Part shown: one piece after another, positions 17,511 to 25,491 of the stretch | How positions within the stretch are numbered: position 1 is the stretch's first letter | Layout: every line of letters begins with the position of its first letter | Origin: a virus | Taxonomy: Duplodnaviria > Heunggongvirae > Uroviricota > Caudoviricetes | Direction: 5' to 3' (one strand) | IMG/VR virus record: IMGVR_UViG_3300028422_000873 | Length of the DNA stretch: 38,618 nt | The notes under the pieces: model-generated | Database searches by the model: none | Told to the model about the DNA's origin: nothing | Seen by the model: the letters and a program-made list of their open reading frames with translations, nothing else | Position numbers and translations under genes: made by a program

Positions 17511-18055
17511 TAACAATATTCGGACTTTTATTTTGTCTTGTAGTTTTCTTTGTTTTTAAGCGCAGAGACTTATTTAAGTTTAACTTTAAGAAAGCTTGTA
17601 GATATATGTTAGTTGACGTAATAGTTATATCTATACTATCATCAGGGTTAGATTATGCTGGGATTAATAAAATAGAAGACCCTATGGATGGAGTGACGTA
17701 CGAGATGCAACAGATGATCAAGAATACTTCTATTCTAGGTATATCTTTGGCAGGTTTTGAAGACGCTATTTTTGTACTGCCATTATTGGTTTTACCACAA
17801 GTACGCGTCATCAAGTATGTGGGTATTGCTGCAATGTCATACCTGTTTATGAGAGGACATGACTATCAGGGAAGACGCGCCATGTTGGTTAAAGTCGGCT
17901 GTATACCTATCGCTTACTATTTCGCATCGCGCTATGGCATATTAACCACAATGGCATCCCATGCTGCAAAAGACATGATCGCACTTTCTGCCATAAAATT
18001 TAAGATATGGTTGTACAACAAACAACTTGAAGAAGAACCTAAACCAATTCGATAG
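17507..18055 (+). CDS. membrane protein, CPBP/CAAX (Abi) intramembrane protease-like
   Basis: Several TM segments; FEDAIF, GHDYQG and SHAAKD resemble the CPBP EE, H and HxxxN motifs. Confidence 0.55.
   Translation: MITIFGLLFCLVVFFVFKRRDLFKFNFKKACRYMLVDVIVISILSSGLDYAGINKIEDPMDGVTYEMQQMIKNTSILGISLAGFEDAIFVLPLLVLPQVRVIKYVGIAAMSYLFMRGHDYQGRRAMLVKVGCIPIAYYFASRYGILTTMASHAAKDMIALSAIKFKIWLYNKQLEEEPKPIR
18042..18052 (+). promoter_or_regulatory. ACCGA-NN-CGA variant (AACCAATTCGA)
   Basis: 28 nt before ATG 18081. Confidence 0.6.
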
Positions 18056-18080
18056 ATTCATGTGACCAGGGGAGGATTAT

Positions 18081-18299
18081 ATGAAGGTTAAAGAGTTAAT
18101 TGAGTTATTAGAGACGTTTGATAGAGAAGCCACTATCATAACACAAGAATATAACGGTTGTAATGATGCCATTTCTGAAGTAGAGAATGTATTTCAGATA
18201 AGGGCAAATAACAAAATTCCAACATGGGATGACAGTACCTATACTGATATAGTGGGCCATGACGGAGTCACAAAAGAAAACGTTGTTTACATAAGATAA
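18081..18299 (+). CDS. hypothetical phage protein (MKVKELIELL type)
   Basis: ORF track; strong SD. Confidence 0.8.
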   Translation: MKVKELIELLETFDREATIITQEYNGCNDAISEVENVFQIRANNKIPTWDDSTYTDIVGHDGVTKENVVYIR

Positions 18300-18329
18300 G
18301 ATTAGAGAAGATATAATAGGGGGAATTAT

Positions 18330-18773
18330 ATGCGTTATCTAATGGTGTTGTTTTTTCTAGTATTCACTATCAACGAATGCAGTGGTTTCACATCCATAAT
18401 GGAGGATACCATTGCAATGATTATCAGAGAACCAATGATGAAAGCCGGTGCTACAGAAGAGAGCGTGCAGAAGGCAGCAGAAGGTCTAACTGCAACTAAG
18501 ACGGTTCGTGCAAAGATAAGAAACTTAAATAAAACTAAGAGAAAACTTGAGAACAGAGTATATATAGCATTTGAAGAGACAACAGGAATCGCTAAAGAAC
18601 ATGTTGCTACTGTGATGGCCTTAAGTCTGAGTTTAGCTAAGGGAAGCGTAGACACTCATGCTATCAAGTACAGGATAAAGTTAGCCAGAGATGTAAAAAT
18701 ACGCCCTGATGTAAAGTATGATTTTAACGCAGGTGATTTATTAAGTAGTATCAGTCTCAATATGGAGTGGTAA
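18330..18773 (+). CDS. secreted protein, possible outer-membrane beta C-terminus (ends in W)
   Basis: Signal peptide; alternating C-terminal strand SISLNMEW. Confidence 0.7.
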   Translation: MRYLMVLFFLVFTINECSGFTSIMEDTIAMIIREPMMKAGATEESVQKAAEGLTATKTVRAKIRNLNKTKRKLENRVYIAFEETTGIAKEHVATVMALSLSLAKGSVDTHAIKYRIKLARDVKIRPDVKYDFNAGDLLSSISLNMEW

Positions 18774-18776
18774 ATA

Positions 18777-18998
18777 GTGAAGTCCGCAAAAGATCTAACT
18801 ACAGAAGATATAGAGATACTCAATAAGCTCATAGAGTATGGGGGTGACTGCTATGAACTACCAGAATTGATGTGTTGTAACTGCCCTATAAATCCAGGCA
18901 CTATATGTCAGGATGGATTTGATCTCCAGCGAGCTAAAAAACTACTGCAGGAGTATGAAACATACATAGTAGAGAAAATACTACTGGATAAAGAATGA
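18777..18998 (+). CDS. 4-Cys mini-protein subfamily A with tag (YIVEKILLDKE)
   Basis: Closely similar to 977. Confidence 0.85.
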   Translation: MKSAKDLTTEDIEILNKLIEYGGDCYELPELMCCNCPINPGTICQDGFDLQRAKKLLQEYETYIVEKILLDKE

Positions 18999-19237
18999 GA
19001 GCATTCATAGATTCTCTATCAGAGGAAGATAGAAGATGGATAATGGAAGTAGAAGCAGATGATAGAAGTATCTATTGTCGTTTTTATGATGAGCACTATA
19101 TGCTTTGCTCTAAATGCCCCATTAATAAGGCTCTTGAAGAGTTCAGTAATTTTGGTACGTGTCATAAAGCATTAAGTAAACTAAAAGAGGAGATTAACTC
19201 TATCGCAGTCGAAAAGATCCTATTGGAGGAGCAGTGA
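18995..19237 (+). CDS. 4-Cys mini-protein with tag (AVEKILLEEQ)
   Basis: Tandem paralog of 19234. Confidence 0.85.
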   Translation: MRAFIDSLSEEDRRWIMEVEADDRSIYCRFYDEHYMLCSKCPINKALEEFSNFGTCHKALSKLKEEINSIAVEKILLEEQ

Positions 19238-19476
19238 GAGAATTCTTGAAGTCTCTATCTGAGGAAGAATTAGAGTGGATCAGCACAGTTGAGACAGATG
19301 ATTACTGTGTATTATGTGGATACAGTGGAGATGCACCGCGATGTAAAGCCTGTCCAGTTAGGTTATGTATTTACAGATACACGAGCTCTAATTGTCTCTG
19401 TACTCTAAACAAAATGAGAAAAGAGTTATTCGATATGGTAGATGACTTATTACTAGGAGAAAAATATGAAGAATAA
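19234..19476 (+). CDS. Cys-rich mini-protein with tag (MVDDLLLGE)
   Basis: Tandem paralog of 18995. Confidence 0.85.
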   Translation: MREFLKSLSEEELEWISTVETDDYCVLCGYSGDAPRCKACPVRLCIYRYTSSNCLCTLNKMRKELFDMVDDLLLGEKYEE

Positions 19477-19723
19477 GCTAACGACAGCGGAGAAAAGTTA
19501 CATCATTTGCATGATTTTCATACTACTTTTAAATACTTTTATAGTGTTTTGTTGCATTCATGATGCTTTTATCTTAGCCGCGCACGATAAGTTCTTAGTG
19601 GCCGGCATTAATCTAGGTATATCTTTTCTCTGCATGTATAATATTAATGAATGGTTAAAGAAAATTAGGGAGATACGTGAAGGTACTAATAATAGGGAGC
19701 AATCCATCTCAGAAAAGCCCTGA
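19466..19723 (+). CDS. two-TM membrane protein
   Basis: ORF track. Confidence 0.7.
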   Translation: MKNKLTTAEKSYIICMIFILLLNTFIVFCCIHDAFILAAHDKFLVAGINLGISFLCMYNINEWLKKIREIREGTNNREQSISEKP

Positions 19724-20075
19724 TGAAACGCCGTTTCATAAGTCAACACAGTCTAGAACCATACTAGATAAATGGTTTGACGGGTGGGACGTCGAGTTTA
19801 CATTCACTAATGTATCGAGCACACCGACAGATAACAACAGGCCACTGCGGGTCTCCGAGATAAGAGATAATCTTCCTGCTCTGCGTGAGACAATAGATTC
19901 TCACAGAGATCATAAAATAGTTACACTTGGAAAGACTGCTGAGCGCGCACTTAACATGCTTGAACTAGATTTCTTCGCCGCACCTCACCCGTCAGGATGT
20001 AATCGTCAGTTGAACGATCAAGAGTTTGTAGCTGATATGCTATGCAAGTTAAGAAAATATTTAAGTGGGGAATAA
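19677..20075 (+). CDS. uracil-DNA glycosylase-like superfamily protein
   Basis: IIGSNPS, FTNV, VTLGKTA and PHPSG motifs. Confidence 0.75.
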   Translation: MKVLIIGSNPSQKSPDETPFHKSTQSRTILDKWFDGWDVEFTFTNVSSTPTDNNRPLRVSEIRDNLPALRETIDSHRDHKIVTLGKTAERALNMLELDFFAAPHPSGCNRQLNDQEFVADMLCKLRKYLSGE

Positions 20076-20266
20076 TGTATTCTTTTGTGAGAGGTGTAGC
20101 TTTTATATTTTATGCTATGTATTGTATTTTTACAAACGACATGCAGAGTCTATACAACGTTTCTATCAAGAAATATAAAAGCAGAGTGGTATTATTCAAC
20201 ACCTTAACTAAGTTAGAGATCATAGAAGAAGAGATCACATATGAGCCATATGGGGGCCCAAGGTGA
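20076..20266 (+). CDS. small protein with motif 2 (LFNTLTKLEI); probable start 20076
   Basis: ORF track 20042..20266; paralog of the next ORF. Confidence 0.7.
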
Positions 20267-20481
20267 GAAGCATATTAGATACCATACTAATGCTACTAGA
20301 TATAGTTAGATATGTATTGTGTATTGATGATGATAACGATTACAGTACACGTGCATTAGATCGCTTAAAGACCAAATTAAACAGTAGAAGAGTGTTATTT
20401 AAAACCCTAGTTAAACTAGAAGTCATAAAAAACACTAAGTTTAATAAGTTGATAACAACCCGAAGAAGACCGCCAAAATAA
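20263..20481 (+). CDS. small protein with motif 2 (LFKTLVKLEV)
   Basis: SRxVLFxTLxKLE shared with the upstream ORF. Confidence 0.75.
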   Translation: MRSILDTILMLLDIVRYVLCIDDDNDYSTRALDRLKTKLNSRRVLFKTLVKLEVIKNTKFNKLITTRRRPPK

Positions 20482-20506
20482 GTTGATCACATGATATAAT
20501 ATAAGG

Positions 20507-20650
20507 ATGGAACCGGAACAAATTCAAGCAAACATCCTTCGTATTCTGTATCAACTACGCGTGTTAAACTATAATCAACTGGATACAATCATAGACGTAC
20601 TACAGATTCGCTTATTCGAGCGTGAACTATCTCGCAATAGCAATAACTAA
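20507..20650 (+). CDS. 47-aa protein with motif 2 (ILRILYQLRV); not in ORF track
   Basis: Hand translation; TGATATAAT at 20492-20500 just upstream. Confidence 0.6.
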   Translation: MEPEQIQANILRILYQLRVLNYNQLDTIIDVLQIRLFERELSRNSNN

Positions 20651-20660
20651 ACCGATTCGA
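20650..20660 (+). promoter_or_regulatory. ACCGA-NN-CGA element (AACCGATTCGA) ahead of an ORF-free structured region
   Basis: Exact consensus. Confidence 0.7.
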
Positions 20661-20859
20661 TTAATATATATCAGCGACGGTCACTAGCAGAAAACACTGC
20701 AAGATCAACGGTTGTTATTATGCTTTGATGGGACTAGGTAAAGAGTTCTAAGTCGACAGTACTCCTATTGCTCTAAGAAGTGGAACTGCATTGCAAACGG
20801 TTCCACTTCTTCATTTAAGAAAATATGTTTATTATTTGTTTAGTATATGAGTTAATTAT

Positions 20860-20921
20860 GAGAGAGGCGTGGTGCAGAGGCGATATCCTCAGGGCCGGTT
20901 CGACTCCGGGCTCTCTCCCCG
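20860..20921 (+). ncRNA. miniature or degenerate tRNA-like element lacking a D-stem
   Basis: 7-bp acceptor stem GAGAGAG/CTCTCTC, T-arm CCGG-TTCGACT-CCGG, hairpin GAGG-CGATAT-CCTC. Confidence 0.55.
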
Positions 20922-21035
20922 TAGAAAGCCACTGGGACTTTAGCGAGAGAAGTTAAAAGCTAGTTAAGCATCGATTAACCACATCGGATGACACTAGTGT
21001 TCCGAAGGACTCGTGCTTCCCAGACTGACATAACT

Positions 21036-21068
21036 GGGCGGATGGCTTGTCAGCGTCCGCCCCTTTTT
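21036..21068 (+). terminator. intrinsic terminator closing the non-coding region
   Basis: GGGCGGA.../...TCCGCCC hairpin plus TTTTT. Confidence 0.75.
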
Positions 21069-21081
21069 ATTTTGGAGGAAA

Positions 21082-21325
21082 GATGAAATTGCTGAAATTA
21101 CTTATTCTCGTCGCCTTTATCCTGATGTTGTTTCGCAATGTCGATGCGTCTGAAAATAAGTATATATGGAAGATTAATGTACTACACAGCGGTCAATGGA
21201 CACAGTATTTCTGTAAAGACTATAAACAAAGAGATGAATATATTAGACTTGAGAATTGCGATGATAGTTCGTATACTGTTTTAGTACCATACACAAATCT
21301 CATTGAGATTAAACCCAATAAATAA
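21082..21325 (+). CDS. small secreted protein; probable start at MKLLK
   Basis: ORF track 21047..21325; GGAGG SD; signal peptide ending VDA. Confidence 0.7.
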
Positions 21326-21336
21326 GTAGGTTAATT

Positions 21337-21597
21337 ATGAGTATACATGCAGAAGAAAGACTAAAATCAATTGATTTATCTGAGTTATCGATAAGTAAAA
21401 TAAATAAACTAAAAAGAAGCATCAGGGATAATGATGAACCATGTGGCATACTAAAAATTGGTGGCGACGACGGTGAGTGTTTTTTTAATGTAATAGGTAT
21501 GAATTGTATCGACATGGCAAAAAAAATAGTAGAACTATATGAAGATACAATAGATAAGATTATCCTTGGAGAAGATGATGTGGGAGTGGGATATTAA
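21337..21597 (+). CDS. Cys-containing mini-protein with tag (TIDKIILGE)
   Basis: Family-like, three Cys. Confidence 0.75.
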   Translation: MSIHAEERLKSIDLSELSISKINKLKRSIRDNDEPCGILKIGGDDGECFFNVIGMNCIDMAKKIVELYEDTIDKIILGEDDVGVGY

Positions 21598-21823
21598 AGA
21601 GATAATACAACTGGATGATGTAAGACTAGAGAAGATGCCGCACGGATATTTAGATAGATTTGATGTCATGCACGATAAAATAAAGCTAGGATACGTTGTT
21701 GTTATCGCAGGAGAGATACGTGCGTGTCTACCCAATGTGCACGCAGTTGATCACAATAGAATTCACGCTCACGTGATTAACTTAGTTTTACAGACCATTC
21801 TAGAAGAGCTGATATTCAACTGA
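21566..21823 (+). CDS. hypothetical protein, tag-like end (ILEELIFN)
   Basis: ORF track; true start probably at MMWEW. Confidence 0.7.
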   Translation: MEKMMWEWDIKEIIQLDDVRLEKMPHGYLDRFDVMHDKIKLGYVVVIAGEIRACLPNVHAVDHNRIHAHVINLVLQTILEELIFN

Positions 21824-21858
21824 CACTGCTTCGCGAGCGTCGCACTATAAACAGCATC

Positions 21859-21869
21859 AACAGATTCGA
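21859..21869 (+). promoter_or_regulatory. ACCGA-NN-CGA variant (AACAGATTCGA)
   Basis: 37 nt before ATG 21907. Confidence 0.6.
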
Positions 21870-21906
21870 TATTAAACACGTATAAAAGTATCAATTCGGA
21901 GAATTA

Positions 21907-22173
21907 ATGAGCGGTGAGTTAGTAATTATCAATAAAAACCATAAGCGTTTTGAATTAAATTTCAACAATATGGTTTTGACTGTTTATAGTACGCATAAAC
22001 AATGGAATATATTATTGAAGGTAGACGAGTGCGGCAATATGCTGTATAGAAATCCAAAAGAAGGGTCATTATATAAACCTGAAAAAGAAGGTAATTTTAG
22101 CATATCTATAAAACAAGCTTATGATAATTGGGCAGCAGAACAAATCCTTCTAGGAGACAATGATGAATCTTGA
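21907..22173 (+). CDS. beta-rich hypothetical protein with tag (YDNWAAEQILLGD)
   Basis: ORF track; resembles 10047. Confidence 0.8.
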   Translation: MSGELVIINKNHKRFELNFNNMVLTVYSTHKQWNILLKVDECGNMLYRNPKEGSLYKPEKEGNFSISIKQAYDNWAAEQILLGDNDES

Positions 22174-22579
22174 GATGAGTCTATCATATTACTGCTATCT
22201 CATAGTTGAGAAGAACAAGTTAAATACTATGAGACTTAGGCAATATCAACGCATCAATAGACACAACAACGAGATAACAAAGAAAAAAGGATATTATTCG
22301 CGTCCATGTTTGCTTGATAGTGATAGATATATAAAAGATCAGTTAATTTTACTGGAGAAAATACAGATAAAAATTAAAGATTGCAAGAAGATCATGTCTG
22401 AAGCTCGTAGAGCAACAGGTTATAGCCCTTACTATAATAGTAGTAACTTTATTAAAAATATACACAAAGATGGAACCTGTATAAGTGAAGATCAGATAAA
22501 GCGTCTACACGATGATTATCTAGCAGAGGCTGCCATATTTGGAATCGATGTTAAAAACCCCTACGAGATGGGGGTATAA
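22160..22579 (+). CDS. hypothetical protein with tag variant (DYLAEAAIFG)
   Basis: ORF track. Confidence 0.8.
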   Translation: MMNLEMSLSYYCYLIVEKNKLNTMRLRQYQRINRHNNEITKKKGYYSRPCLLDSDRYIKDQLILLEKIQIKIKDCKKIMSEARRATGYSPYYNSSNFIKNIHKDGTCISEDQIKRLHDDYLAEAAIFGIDVKNPYEMGV

Positions 22580-22746
22580 TGGTAGAACCAACTAAGAAAG
22601 TAGACTACTACAAAGACGGTAACATAAGATGTGAAGAATACTGGTTAAATAGTAAGGAGTTTACCAAAGAAGAGTTTTTAGTAAGCAAAGAGTATCAAAA
22701 CTACTTAGCTGATTTAGAAATAGAGAGAATCTTAGATGAAGAGTAA
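22579..22746 (+). CDS. 55-aa MORN-like family member with zero HRVDGPA units; not in ORF track
   Basis: About 100 bp identical to the 3' end of 12147..12572; TAATG coupling. Confidence 0.8.
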   Translation: MVEPTKKVDYYKDGNIRCEEYWLNSKEFTKEEFLVSKEYQNYLADLEIERILDEE

Positions 22747-22879
22747 AATATTTCTCATAGTCGTGTGTTACATTACTGTAATCGTAATGGGTTATCAAGT
22801 GTATAAGGTGGTTGATAGTAAAATCAATAACATAAATAAAAACATTGAAACTTTAGTTAAAGAACGATACATAAAATAA
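22736..22879 (+). CDS. 47-aa single-TM protein; not in ORF track
   Basis: Hand translation MKSKIFLIVVCYITVIVMGYQVYK... Confidence 0.6.
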   Translation: MKSKIFLIVVCYITVIVMGYQVYKVVDSKINNINKNIETLVKERYIK

Positions 22880-22888
22880 TTAGCTTCC

Positions 22889-22897
22889 TGGTATAAT
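22889..22897 (+). promoter_or_regulatory. extended -10 type element TGGTATAAT
   Basis: Intergenic, upstream of 22936. Confidence 0.6.
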
Positions 22898-22935
22898 ATT
22901 AGTATCTATACAACAAGGAGTTTGACATAGGTGTC

Positions 22936-23244
22936 GTGAAGTTAGGGGAAGAAGAATATAAACGTTATAAAAAAATACAACAAGAAAACGTAAAGCTTAA
23001 AGATGAAGTAAGAAAACTAAGAAAAATATTACAACACGCCAACTTAGATAACAAGATGGACCCCGATAAGAAAGAAGCGCGCAATCTTCGTCGCGAGAAA
23101 GAAGCCATCAACAACAAAGACATTTGCCCTCACTGCAAGAGTCAACTCAGTAGAGTACGCATACCGCGTCAGAACAAAACATTATTACTTTGTAAACAGT
23201 GCCCGCATCGGGAATTCATATCCGACCTCGACCAATCCGATTAA
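22936..23244 (+). CDS. coiled-coil plus Zn-ribbon protein (CPHC...CKQC)
   Basis: ORF track. Confidence 0.8.
   Translation: MKLGEEEYKRYKKIQQENVKLKDEVRKLRKILQHANLDNKMDPDKKEARNLRREKEAINNKDICPHCKSQLSRVRIPRQNKTLLLCKQCPHREFISDLDQSD
23230..23240 (+). promoter_or_regulatory. ACCGA-NN-CGA variant (GACCAATCCGA)
   Basis: 43 nt before ATG 23284; degenerate. Confidence 0.4.
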
Positions 23245-23283
23245 TTCTTGTAGAATAACGAGAGTTTATCAAGAGGTGTAACA

Positions 23284-23661
23284 ATGTTTGAACTTTTAAA
23301 AAATGAGTTCTGTGGTGGAAGTCTGCAGGGATATGTATCTATTTCACCTGCTCTATTAGTAAAAATATTTGGAAAACCAGAAGACAGTGATGAGTATAAG
23401 GTCAGCGGTGAGTATTGTTTTCGTCATGTAGATAGCGGTAAAACATACACATTATACGACTGGAAATGCACGTCGCTTTATTATAGTTCTTACCCCTCAC
23501 CTAAAAAATTCTGGGCCCAAACTGAGAAATATGAGTTTCATATAGGTGGCGGCGACGACGAACATGTCAAAGAACTAATAAATGCATTGGAGACATTAGA
23601 TACAAGAATCTTAGAGCAGATAATGCTATTAGAAGATAAGTCTGAGACTATCAAATTTTAA
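23284..23661 (+). CDS. hypothetical phage protein (TLYDWK...FHIGG type) with tag (ILEQIMLLE)
   Basis: ORF track. Confidence 0.8.
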   Translation: MFELLKNEFCGGSLQGYVSISPALLVKIFGKPEDSDEYKVSGEYCFRHVDSGKTYTLYDWKCTSLYYSSYPSPKKFWAQTEKYEFHIGGGDDEHVKELINALETLDTRILEQIMLLEDKSETIKF

Positions 23662-23670
23662 GGAGGGGTT

Positions 23671-23919
23671 ATGCCAAAATTTAAAGCGAAAACTGGTAAC
23701 TTTAAAAAGCAAGGAAAAGTATATGAGACTATCTCTATTTACGAGATGGACGATGAAGGTTTTCAAAAGTATCCTAAAGCAACCATCTGTATAGGAGTTA
23801 AGAAGGCAAAAGCCTTGTTGGCCTGTATCGAAGATCTAAAGAAGTTTGTGGAAGATAATATGCCACCTGAAGAACTGAACGCCATGGTAGAGAAAATGTT
23901 GGTCGGAGATGGTAAGTAA
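23671..23919 (+). CDS. small protein, PC4/PurA-like G..KAK...I..FV pattern, with tag (MVEKMLVGD)
   Basis: ORF track; fold guess is tentative. Confidence 0.75.
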   Translation: MPKFKAKTGNFKKQGKVYETISIYEMDDEGFQKYPKATICIGVKKAKALLACIEDLKKFVEDNMPPEELNAMVEKMLVGDGK

Positions 23920-24200
23920 TGTCTTTGGTCAAGAACACAAAATATAGCAGTAATAGCTCTATTGCTATACGTGCAGAATATAATAATAGTTCTGTATGGT
24001 GTGTAATCGATGGTGAACCAATGCGAATACAGGTTAGATTAAAGCCATTTGAGACTGGTTATCAGATTGTATTCAGATTGTACGGCACATCTATAGAGCT
24101 ACCGTTTACACCTGACATGGTTCTGTGCAGGACAAAAGCAGACTGCGACCCGATCATCATGAGTCAGAGCATTGACAAGATGTTGAAAGGTGAACTGTGA
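23919..24200 (+). CDS. hypothetical protein with tag variant (SIDKMLKGE)
   Basis: ORF track. Confidence 0.8.
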   Translation: MSLVKNTKYSSNSSIAIRAEYNNSSVWCVIDGEPMRIQVRLKPFETGYQIVFRLYGTSIELPFTPDMVLCRTKADCDPIIMSQSIDKMLKGEL

Positions 24201-24613
24201 GTGAACCAACTAAGAAAGTAAGATACTATGAAAACGGTAACATAGATCGTGAAGAATACTATCTAAATGGTAAGCGTCATAGAGTAGACAGTCCAGCTTA
24301 CATAGAATACTACAAAAACGGTAAAGTATTTTCTGAAGAATACTACTTAAATGGTAAGTGTCATAGAGTAGACGGTCCAGCTGTCATAAGCTACTATGAA
24401 GATGGTAGCATAAACTATAAAATTTACTGCTTAAATGGTAAGCGTCATAGAGTAGACGGTCCGGCTATCATAAACTACTATGAAGACGGTAATGTAAAAT
24501 ATGAAGAATACTGGCTAAACGGTAATGAATTTACTAAAAAAGAATTTACTAATAGTCCAGAGCATCAAAATTACTTAGCTGACTTAGAGATAGAGAGGAT
24601 GTTAGATGAGTGA
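24197..24613 (+). CDS. MORN-like repeat protein, 3 units
   Basis: HRVDGPA repeats. Confidence 0.9.
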   Translation: MSEPTKKVRYYENGNIDREEYYLNGKRHRVDSPAYIEYYKNGKVFSEEYYLNGKCHRVDGPAVISYYEDGSINYKIYCLNGKRHRVDGPAIINYYEDGNVKYEEYWLNGNEFTKKEFTNSPEHQNYLADLEIERMLDE

Positions 24614-25025
24614 ACCTAAGAAGGTAATATCATACTATAGTGACGGTACTATTTGCTATGAAGAGTATTTTTTAAATGGCGAGTATCACAGAGTAGACGG
24701 TCCAGCTTATATTTATTATTGCGTGAACGGAAACATTAAAGAGGTTCATTATTTGATTAATAGTGACCTTCATAGGATTGATGGACCAGCTATCGCAGAA
24801 TATTACAAGAATGGTAAAGTTAAACTCGAACATTATTATATAAATCATGTCTTACATAGAGTTGATGGACCAGCTATCATAAAATATTATGAGAATGGTA
24901 AGATTGAATATAAGGAGTATTACTTAAACGACAAATACTTAACTAAAGAAGAATTCTTAAGAAGTGAAGAACATCAAAACTACTTAGCTGATAAAGAAAT
25001 TGAAAAAATATTGAGTACGCAATGA
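24606..25025 (+). CDS. MORN-like repeat protein, 3 units, most diverged copy
   Basis: HRVDGPA repeats. Confidence 0.9.
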   Translation: MSEPKKVISYYSDGTICYEEYFLNGEYHRVDGPAYIYYCVNGNIKEVHYLINSDLHRIDGPAIAEYYKNGKVKLEHYYINHVLHRVDGPAIIKYYENGKIEYKEYYLNDKYLTKEEFLRSEEHQNYLADKEIEKILSTQ

Positions 25026-25474
25026 AAGTATTATACATTGATGTAGTAATGCAAGAGGTGCCAGATGAGGTATCTCTAGCACTATCTATAACCGGATGTC
25101 CCAACAGATGCGAGGGTTGCCACACACCAGAGCTGCGCAATCCGAGTTTGGGTGACGAGTTCACAGATAAGATACTCACTGATCTCCTAGATAAGTACGA
25201 TGGTCTTATTAGTTGTGTACTGTTTTTCGGCGGAGACCACCTAGAAGAAGAACTAATACATAAATTAAAAATAGTTAGAAAACGCGGCTACAAAACATGT
25301 CTGTATACAGGAAACGATGATGCAAGCGACGCTATAAAATCTCACTTGGATTATATAAAAGTTGGTCCATATATTGCTAACAAAGGTTCACTTTTTTCAA
25401 AAAAAACTAATCAGCGTATGTATAATCTCATTGATGGTAAAATTATAGATATCACATACAAATTCCAACTTTAA
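25022..25474 (+). CDS. nrdG: anaerobic ribonucleotide reductase activating protein
   Basis: QEVPDEVSL, radical-SAM CPNRCEGCH, YTG, KVGPY, TNQR; adjacent to nrdD. Confidence 0.95.
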   Translation: MKVLYIDVVMQEVPDEVSLALSITGCPNRCEGCHTPELRNPSLGDEFTDKILTDLLDKYDGLISCVLFFGGDHLEEELIHKLKIVRKRGYKTCLYTGNDDASDAIKSHLDYIKVGPYIANKGSLFSKKTNQRMYNLIDGKIIDITYKFQL

Positions 25475-25491
25475 TTCAATGAGAGGCATTA

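Noticed and set aside
20860-20921. Functional tRNA-Ile or tmRNA
   Set aside because: No D-stem, a 6-nt anticodon loop without U33, no G3-U70 pair and no tag reading frame.
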